Shown one piece after another: positions 55,336 through 64,000 of a stretch of 64,000 nt of DNA. Every line of letters starts with the position of its first letter. Position 1 is the first letter of the stretch. This DNA is from Adineta vaga (Eukaryota; Animalia; Rotifera). The stretch lies in the NCBI GenBank assembly GCA_021613535.1, contig CP075492.1:13206001-13270000 (forward strand), in the 5' to 3' direction. The notes under the pieces were generated by a model. It made no database searches. It was not told where the DNA came from and worked only from the letters and a program-made list of their open reading frames with translations. The position numbers were made by a program, and so were the translations under genes.

Positions 55336-57187
55336 ATGTGGTGGGGTATAGTTCTTTACTCCACATTTATTATCTCGATTAGTGGGGATCAGCATCTCAA
55401 TGCCATGGTCCTTTTTAGTAAACAACATACGATCAATAGTGAACCAAGTCCGTATGCCTGTAATCGACCAGACGGTCTATCATCTTCATCTTTGATCGTC
55501 ACCATAGCCTCTTTGAATATATCGAGTACTGTCTATTAGAGCAGTGATCAGATCAATGTTACCTGGACTCTTGTACCGATTCAATGTAAAGATGATTTCA
55601 TTGCTTTTATTTTGCTGAGATACCACTTCATGCCGGTAGATATATCACTTTATTCTTTCAGTTATCATCAAACAACTAATCTTCTTCTTATAATTCTAGC
55701 TTGCGAATATTTTGACTACGAATTTATTAAAGATCAACAAACTGGCATGTCATGGCATATGATTAATCTTCGACGACCACCAATTTCGTTACTATTCACG
55801 TGATCATACTTGTTCGGGCAATTATTCTCTTATTGCTGTATCTCCTCTTGTTCGACCATTGAACATCAATGAACCAGTTCATGTTCATCTTGCTTATGGT
55901 GATCGAATCGATCAAATGTTTGTATCCTATCTCACCAACTCATCACAATACATTCCACAATGCCAATATGGATTCTCACCTTCATCTCTTCAATTTCATC
56001 GGAATGGCACAACAACAACATATACTGCATCTGATATGTGTGAAGGTAAAGCAAATACATGGGGTCCACAAGCATTCATTGATCCAGGATATATGCATAC
56101 AATACTACTTGAAGACCTGCGTCCATCGACAACTTATTATTATCGTGTTGGATGTGATGTACATGGTTGGTCATCGATACATTCATTTACGAATCGACCA
56201 GGAAGTGGAGATGAAGCAGTGACAATGATAGCATACGGTGATATGGGTTTGTCACCAGTTGAACCAGGTGCAAAATCCACGATGGATCAAGTAATAACAC
56301 GAGTACATTCGATCAATGTAACATGTTTATTACATATTGGTGATATTAGTTATGCTCGAGGCATTGCTGCTCAATGGGATGCATTCATGACTCAAATAGA
56401 ACCTATAGCTGCTCATGTTCCATATATGGTTGGAATAGGTAATCATGAATATGATCATGAAACTGGTGGTGACAAAGATCCAAGTGGTGCACCAGGTCCA
56501 GGTGGATTTCGACCAGGATGGTTATTACATTATACGATACAGAGACATTATCTTTTTTCTACATCATTACTTTGTTTTAGGGGTGATTATGGTCGTGATT
56601 CAGGTGGTGAATGCGCGGTGCCAATGGTACATCGATTTCATTCACCATCTAATGGCAATAGTCTATTTTGGTATAGTTTCGATGTTGGTCCAGTACATGT
56701 CATTTATTATTCTACGGAACATGATTTTCGTCGACCATCGATTCAATTCAAATGGCTCGAAAATGACCTTCGCTCCGTAGATCATACTCGTACTCCATGG
56801 ATTATTGTAACTGGACATCGCCATATGTTTACATCAGAAGCAGAATCTACTGGCGAAAGTCAAATTCGACAAATGCTCCAGTTATATTTAGAACCATTAT
56901 TTTATCAATATCATGTCGATCTTAATCTTTTTGCACATCGACATTCGTATGAACGATCATGTGCTATGTATCAACAGAAATGTATCAGTGATGGTATTAC
57001 TAATGTTTTGATTGGCATGGCTGGACAAAATCTTGATAGAGATTCATATACTCCTGTTGAATGGAGTAAATATCATGATCAACAATTTGCATATACAACT
57101 ATAGTTGCAAATCGAACATATCTACATTTTACATACTATCATAGCAATGATGATCTAATAGCTGATGAATTTAGTCTTCAAAAATAA
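55336..57187 (+). pseudogene. Purple acid phosphatase copy 2 (tandem paralog), 5' part disrupted
   Basis: Same exon layout and motifs (GDMG, GDISY, GNHE, GHRH, AHRH); in-frame TAG at 55537-55539, 1-nt frameshift in the T-run near 55605, 2-nt deletion near 55780 relative to copy 1. Confidence 0.7.
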
Positions 57188-57339
57188 GCTTTCGAACCCA
57201 AAATGAATGTTTTTGTTTCTGCTGTAAAGACTGTATTTATGATATTCTTGATGAAATCACAATGTGTCACCATTTACAATAAGCATTGTATTGATGAAAA
57301 GCGAATAATTGTCCTTATATACCTTTTGATGATGCTATC

Positions 57340-58137
57340 ATTAATTGATCTTGATAAATCTAAATATTAGAGATAAATAAATTTGTATGTCCATTTTCGA
57401 AAAAGAAGAGTCATCTTTACTCGATCAAGTGCTTCAAAAATTCGATCTACTTTGTATGGAAAGTATTTCATTAAATCAAAATATCTTTCTCGCATTTGAT
57501 TATCTCGTTCAATCTGGCGTTCAGTAGGATTCACCGTTTTAATTCCTAATAAAAGCACTGTAAAATATCAAAGGATATCAGTGAATAAAGAGATACGTTG
57601 ATTAAAACTAGAATAACCAAAATATAAACCATCAGAAAAATAAGCAGCTTCGACATCAAAAGAAAAACCAACCATGTAAGTAGTGTATAAAACGACTGAT
57701 GAGAATAGAAAGAGAATAAAAACAGTAGCAATTGGTAATAATTGAATTACTATTTTCTTTTTTGTAGATTCGTGATTGCCGGGTAAAATAAAGAAACATG
57801 AACATATGAAAGGAGGAAAACAATGAAAGACAAGTCGTTTTGATTTCGTTGCAAATTAAGATGAATGAAAGATTAGAATATGACGTTCAATCGAAGTCCA
57901 AGCCATTAAATCTGTTATCATTACTGTAACAGTTAAATCCAAAAATATTCCAAGCATACAACAGTAGTACCATCAAAGAAAGCAATAAGAAGAACAAGAA
58001 TAACAACATGATTATTGAGAGCTGTACGAAATGCTTGGTTATACAATAAACAATAAAGATTAATAATAGAAGCTATAACTGAAGGAATTGCAGTTACTAA
58101 ATAGAGAGATACACGAACAGAATCAGTGATTATCATT
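57340..58137 (-). pseudogene. Decayed lineage-expanded class A GPCR
   Basis: MIITDSVRVSLYL...FRTALNNHVVILVLL, then in a shifted frame DLMAWTSIERHILIFHSS* and a hydrophobic TM6/7-like remnant; internal stops and deletions; ends approximate. Confidence 0.65.
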
Positions 58138-58544
58138 TGAATTATTAGAAAGATGTGAAATAAACTAAAACAAAAGTACATTGATAACCATATTTTGACA
58201 GCGCTAGAAGAAACATCCTTTTACAGTTGCAAGATGTAACGTTGAATAAATAGAAAAGCCAGAAGGCATTCTAAACGACGTCATTTATAATCTTAGAATA
58301 GACCATTGAATCGTATCTGTATAAAGTAGACAGTGAAAAACACATGAATCAGAAGAAAAAAATCTCTCGCGTTGTTGACCTCGGTCAGTTATTCGTCGTT
58401 CGATTTAACATAGAAGAAAAGAGAAAAAAAAATGTAGACATCTTTTCATCGTGACCATTTCTTCATTAGTAACAACGGGTGAAGGGCAACATAGCATCGA
58501 TTTATACTTGCAAATCTTTTTTTTTTATTATTGAAATATATACC

Positions 58545-59510
58545 ATGACACCAACACCACCGAAATTTGGCGTAAAGTTTTTAACACGGAAAGAACGTAC
58601 GGTTCGACGAGTGACTAAATGTGAAACACGAGAAATTAAAAAACGTACGTTATCTATCTTTTTGAATTTAATTCTAATTAATTCACTGTAACTTTAGGTT
58701 TAGAACCTACACCACCACCACCTTCATCATCTCCGACAAAAACAGTCAAACCACGTATTGCTCCTGCTCGTCCAAAACCTGCAACTCTCGTAAAAGTTCG
58801 TGAACCAAAGAAGATTATTAAACCAATGGCAGAAATATCAAGTAATAAAAAAGAACAAGTTCGACCGCCACCAACACCACCACCACTACCACCATCAGCA
58901 GTGAATCGTTCATTACCTACGGGTCGTACATTACAGACAACTGATTTACAAAAACTATCTCGTTTAACTTGTTCACGTGAATTTAGTTTTTTTCATAAAG
59001 AAATTAAATGTGAATTGAAAACTAACGAACATCAATTGGCATTTTTTCAAACGAAATTATATCATTTAAAAAATGAGTTTATTAATCAAAATTCTGAACA
59101 ATTAAATTTAGAACAAATTCGTATTTATTTTGCTGAAGCTCTTCAAAAGAATATCGATCGAAGTATTAAACCTGATGAATTCAATACCTTAGCCAATAAA
59201 CTTAAACAAGATATTAAACAAGTAAGATCATGCGTTTTTTGTTTTTGTTGAAAAATTTATTCTAATGATTAATTTTCTTATCAAGGCAATTGATAAATGG
59301 TTAAAAAAGAAAGAATTTGGTAAACAAAATCGTGCTTTAAGTGATTATTCACAAAAACGTCAATCACGTATTCGTGAACTGATTAAAGAAACAATTGAAG
59401 AAACAAAAAAACAACAGAGTAATTCTCAAGTTTCTTCGGTAGAAGAATCGCAGGTGTCTATCGTAGAGGGTTCTGAAGATCAGTGTCAAGTAGTAGAATG
59501 TATTGATTGA
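58545..59510 (+). CDS. Hypothetical Pro-rich/basic protein, 3 exons
   Basis: Consistent GT-AG introns (~58647-58698, ~59222-59285) join the open frames; PPPTPPPLPP tract; no recognised family. Confidence 0.6.
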
Positions 59511-59813
59511 TTATAGGTCCTTTTTTTGTCTTTGTAGTCTTTTTCTTTTTAAATTTGTATCATCCTTTTTTTTCCTTCTATTGTCTTCTGTTTTGTAACC
59601 GTTTATATCAAAGAAATCCAAGTTCTTAAATGAAAATAATCATGAATGATTAGAAAGTTTATTGAATATCACTGTGGTCGAATCATGTAATCTTACATTC
59701 AGATTTTTATTCATGAAACAACTGGTGAAAAATGAAGAGAAAGAATCTTACCATCATTTGAAAAATATAGTTACCTTATGAGAGATCAACGAGTATAAAA
59801 AATAATATAATGA

Positions 59814-60185
59814 CTATGGATTTTTAGTGATCGTTACTGAATGAATAAGATGTTCGATCATTCGTTTTTCCGTAATATTGACACCATTTCCATTGGATTC
59901 AAATACATATGTAACATCGATCAGACGATCATCATGAGTTGTTCTTAATAAAGCACGAATACGATGATGATCATTGTTCTCATAACTATGTTCTAGAAGA
60001 GTAACACCTGCATTTGAAGATTGAAAATCTTTTTCATAAGTAGGACGCATTGCTTCAGCACCTCGAAGAACCATTTGACCATTGAATATAACACAACAAT
60101 CGGGATGAAGAAAACTGATTATTTTGTTAATATCATGATGATTATAAGCAGACAAATAGTCTAACAAACGATCATATGTTTTCAT
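59814..60185 (-). CDS. SnoaL/NTF2-like small protein, intronless
   Basis: YLSAYNHHDINKIISFLHPDCCV...LRGAEAMRPTYEKDF pattern typical of SnoaL-like folds. Confidence 0.7.
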   Translation of the reverse strand: MKTYDRLLDYLSAYNHHDINKIISFLHPDCCVIFNGQMVLRGAEAMRPTYEKDFQSSNAGVTLLEHSYENNDHHRIRALLRTTHDDRLIDVTYVFESNGNGVNITEKRMIEHLIHSVTITKNP

Positions 60186-60777
60186 TGCGTAAAAATCAAA
60201 TTCTCGTCTCTTTCAAAAGTACAATGCAAATTGCAAAACTCAAAGCATGTAGCTTGTGGACAATCTTATTGGTTCCTGATGATCACGGAATAGGAATAGT
60301 TGTGAATCAGAATTTACTAATAATAATAGTTTTAATATTTCGTTTACAATGTATTATAGTGTTTGAATAGAATTGAAACGTTTACAGTGTCAATGAAGAT
60401 GTCGCTTTCATATCACTAGTGTACTATACTTATAATTGCATTTTAAACCTATCTGATCCAATACTGAATTAATTTCCAGTAATTAAATGGAGAAAAGATA
60501 AACAGTATCTTATATCGTACTATCAATTTATGAATATAAACATCTGGGTCAACCTCGTATTCAAGTATTTAGTGACATGTGGAATATTGTTGACTCAACG
60601 TATTCGTATTCGTTATTTATTTAATGTCGTCACTATTAGAATACGAAAAGGTTGTATATTGTCATCTGATAAGTATTTTTTCTACTAGTACAATATTATC
60701 AAATCTTTATCTTAAACAACTTATTACAAACTATATATATATATATTTATATAAACTATTATCGAATTTGAATACAA

Positions 60778-62192
60778 ATGGAGCATGATCAGAATCAATT
60801 AGGCAAACGAATTTTTATTCCAGCAATTGGTTCTTTCGGAGATGTCAAACCTTATTTAATTCTGGCTAAAGAACTTAAAAAACAAGGTTATATTGTATGG
60901 CTTGGTGTTCATAAACGTTTCGAACAACAAGTAAAAGATAATGGTAATATACATTTCGTTCGTCTCATTCTATAATCCTACGTTGAATATAATTATAGGT
61001 TTTCTTCTAAAATTTAGGTATTGACACAATAGAAATTGGTGGTGATATGGAAATAGTATTATCAACAACGGCAGATGGAATAGAACTTCAACGAAATCCA
61101 AGTGTTTTCAAAATAAATTTGATAAAACGTGTTTTTTTACCATTGATGGAAGAATGGTTTAATGGTATTCTTTCGGGTTTACAAAATGCTGATTTAATTA
61201 TTCTATCAATCACATCTATTATAGCTGGATTAGCTTGTATTGAAAAATATCCGAATATGAAAGCAATTGGTATCTATACATATCCTTGTCGACCTTCAGC
61301 TGAATTTACTCCACCTGCTCTAAATGGTAAAAGTGAAAGTTTATTTCAATGGATTAATCTACTTAAATGGAAACTATTTGAGTATGGTGCATCGAATATG
61401 TATACTGATAAAATCAATCAACTTCGTGCAAATATCCATTTACCACCAATGAAAGTAAATTACGATCAAATGATTCGATCCATTTTTAAGAAACCATTAT
61501 TAACAGCAACGATCTATTCGAAAGGTTTACTTGCACGACCTAATGATTGGTCTGAAAATGACTTGATGGTTGGTCCAATTCTTTCCGAAGATGATAATGA
61601 TGATTTTCAACCATCCGATGAGCTTCGAACTTTTCTCAATCAATGTCAAAATGAAAAGATTATTTATATTGGAATTGGATCAATGATGAGTATTATGTTT
61701 GGAAACGATGAACAACTACAATTTTTAATGCACATTCAAAATGTTATTCAAAATATAAAATACAAAGCTATAGTTTCGTTAGTTGGATTTCAAACAATTA
61801 ATAATGATCAATTATCTAATACTGATAAAAATCTGTTTTATTTAAAACAAAGCATTCCTCATACATGGCTATTTCCAAAAATATCAGCTGTCATTCATCA
61901 TGGAGGAGCAGGTACAACTCACACTGGCTTACGATATGCATTACCAACATTAGTACTACCATTTGGTGCTGATCAACCTTTTAATGGTGATCGAATCTTT
62001 ATCAATAAGCTTGGACCAAGACCTATTCCTATACGTCAGATGAATGTGAGAAATTTGACGAATGCAATTGAAGATTTATTCAATAATTATACGGAATATC
62101 GAAAGAATGCAGAAAAGATTAGTCAATTGATTCAAAATGAAAACGGTCTTGGTTGTTGTATTGAACTAATTGAAAAAGAATTTAATTTATGA
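60778..62192 (+). CDS. GT1 glycosyltransferase, sterol 3-beta-glucosyltransferase-like (GT28 N-domain plus EryCIII-like C-domain), 2 exons
   Basis: IGSFGDVKPYLILAKEL, IYIGIGSM, IPHTWLFP, IHHGGAGTTHTGLR, PFGADQPFNG; no signal peptide or C-terminal TM, unlike animal UGTs; intron ~60944-61017. Confidence 0.88.
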
Positions 62193-62235
62193 TATTTTCT
62201 ATCGATTTTCAGTTTTTCTGTTCTAATTTATTATT

Positions 62236-63433
62236 TCATAATAATAAACTTAATTTCTTTTCCTCCCAAAACTCAGGATCATCTTTTATAACTTTAATTG
62301 AATCATTGACATGAATAGTGCCAGAAACAGAACGATTCTCATCAGTTGGCGCTAAATCAACACCGAATAAAGCATTAGCACCATACGGATCAGGTTTACA
62401 ACGAAAGCTAAGATGAAATAGTTCTAATGAAAAGTAAAACTATAAAATAGAATTATTACCTTCGTAATGTTTTCCATGGTTCTAATTTAGGATCTTTGAT
62501 ACCCGTCTTTTGATCAACTGTTGGTAACAAGCATCTTGAAAATTGAAATAAGTATTGGAAACGAATCATTAATAGAAAATAAACATACCTAAGACACGGA
62601 GCAATCCAAGTTAGTTTAACATTACCAACTTCAATTTCACGCCAATGATCCTACATATCAGATATGAACTTAATTATGGTGTTTCTCTCATATCTAAATC
62701 ATAAAACTTACTTCTGCAAATGGTTTTTTCGTATCGGTGACAATAATATTGGGTCGAAAATTATAAACTTCAATTTTCTTCTCTAATCGTGTATTGAGAT
62801 CAGACACGGATTGTAATGAACACAAATGCAATGCACTCATATCATGATAGGCAGCTACATCTCCATCTCGAGCAACGTTTGGTACATCAGCATTTTTCGT
62901 TAAACGGCCTTCAAATTTCTCATCATCAAACACGACTAAATCGAGTTCATCTTCGGTTTGAAAATAAGTTCGAAGCCAGTAAGAAACATTATCATCATAA
63001 CGTAAACCAAGAATTGAATCATCCCAACATCTAATTAAAGATATTCATTGATAAATAATCTTTTTTTTTCTCAAAAAGGAAGTTATATTTACTGGCACTG
63101 CATCACTTCTTTTGGTAATGTATTTACTGATATAAATAAATCGGGCATATTCGGGGCTCGAAGTACAAGACCATTTTCGACAACTACAGGTTGAATAAGT
63201 GCCATACGTGGTAAAACACGTTGAGTTTGATGTCGACCATTTTTAACGATCATCCATCGTCTAAACAAATAGATCGAAAAGTGTGGATTTAAACTATGTC
63301 AAAAATATACATACCGATCAAATATTCGAGGATTTGATGGAAAAGCTAAACCATATCTTGTTACGAAAGCTTCTTGTACTTTTATACCAGCACAGGATTT
63401 TACGGGATAAATAACTAATTCATGTACGTGCAT
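62236..63433 (-). CDS. MOSC domain protein (mARC-like molybdoenzyme), multi-exon
   Basis: LVIYPVKSCAGI, DR|RWMIV, PRMALIQP, FRPNIIV, PFAE|DHW, PCL|RCLLPTVDQKTG, LFGVDL. Confidence 0.9.
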
Positions 63434-64000
63434 TTCGTTTTTTACTAAAATTTATATGTGATAGAATCGAATCTACGCGTTAGAAAGAGAAAAAGATGAA
63501 TATAAAGTAGAAAAGATTAGTTATTTTGCGTTCTTACTGTCGATAACCTCAAACGGGAGAAGCACGTGGTATATAACATAATCTAAAGATTTAGTGGAAA
63601 CGCATCGACTTTTCACGCTGATAAGATTCTATCAGTCACTAAATGAAGATAATCGATGTAAAAATATATCAAAAGCATTTAAAGAATATTTATTGAGCTA
63701 AATGTCAACATTAAATCTATCCTTTTTTTGTAAGCAATAAATGATTTGTATATAATAATTGAAAGATATTTTATGACTGTAATCTTTCTTCAACATTTTC
63801 ACAAATATGATCCCTTCTATTCTGTCTGTACGATGTAAATAAAAGATAATTCAAAGAACTATGTTGTTAAGAGCAATTTTGTCTTTACTTTTTGATTTAT
63901 ATGTTCAATCTTGGTCTTACTGTTGATCTCTTACCCTAGGAAAAGTATCTTGATTTAAGAAGCATAGAAAAACCTTTAGATCTAGTTGTTAATCAATCAT

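Noticed and set aside
53674-56222. Two near-identical 117-aa ORFs (53674-54027 and 55869-56222) as a separate duplicated gene
   Set aside because: They are alternative-frame by-products of the near-identical tract shared by the two PAP genes
1-64000. CRISPR arrays, rRNA, autonomous transposons, telomeric repeats
   Set aside because: No repeat-spacer arrays, rRNA-like sequence, transposase or reverse transcriptase ORFs, or long tandem arrays were seen

Overview
AT-rich, gene-dense eukaryotic DNA with mostly ~50-70 bp GT-AG introns. Several gene types point to a bdelloid rotifer (inference, not proven): a 'WTSIERHILIFH'-type GPCR remnant, F-box/LRR-like and ART-TPR-like remnants, a B-box/SPRY-like gene, and microbial-type genes with host-like codon usage. 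Typical animal genes include neprilysin, Na/K-ATPase beta, a UBA-less UBAP1-like gene, HDDC2, STK33, CCK-like and aminergic GPCRs, SAC2/INPP5F, DR1, AGPAT5, UNC-4, NUDT3/DIPP, ARHGAP21/23, an HMG-box gene, a MOSC/mARC gene, tRNA-Leu(TAA) and tRNA-Ala(AGC). Candidate horizontally acquired genes are a fungal-type AhpC/TSA-like gene, a fungal-type RidA, a proteobacterial-type phosphonatase phnX, two plant/protist-type secreted purple acid phosphatases, a SnoaL/NTF2-like gene and a sterol-glucosyltransferase-like GT1. The most striking observation is a head-to-head phnX / purple acid phosphatase locus that may be a eukaryote-assembled phosphorus-scavenging module; the two PAP copies share a ~530 bp near-identical tract, and both carry frameshifts as read. 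Also notable: SAC2 hosts two protein genes, a tRNA and a hAT-type MITE in two giant introns, and there is a possible SnoaL/GT1/mARC detox trio. Family assignments come from motif recognition by eye, with no database search; exon boundaries are manual.
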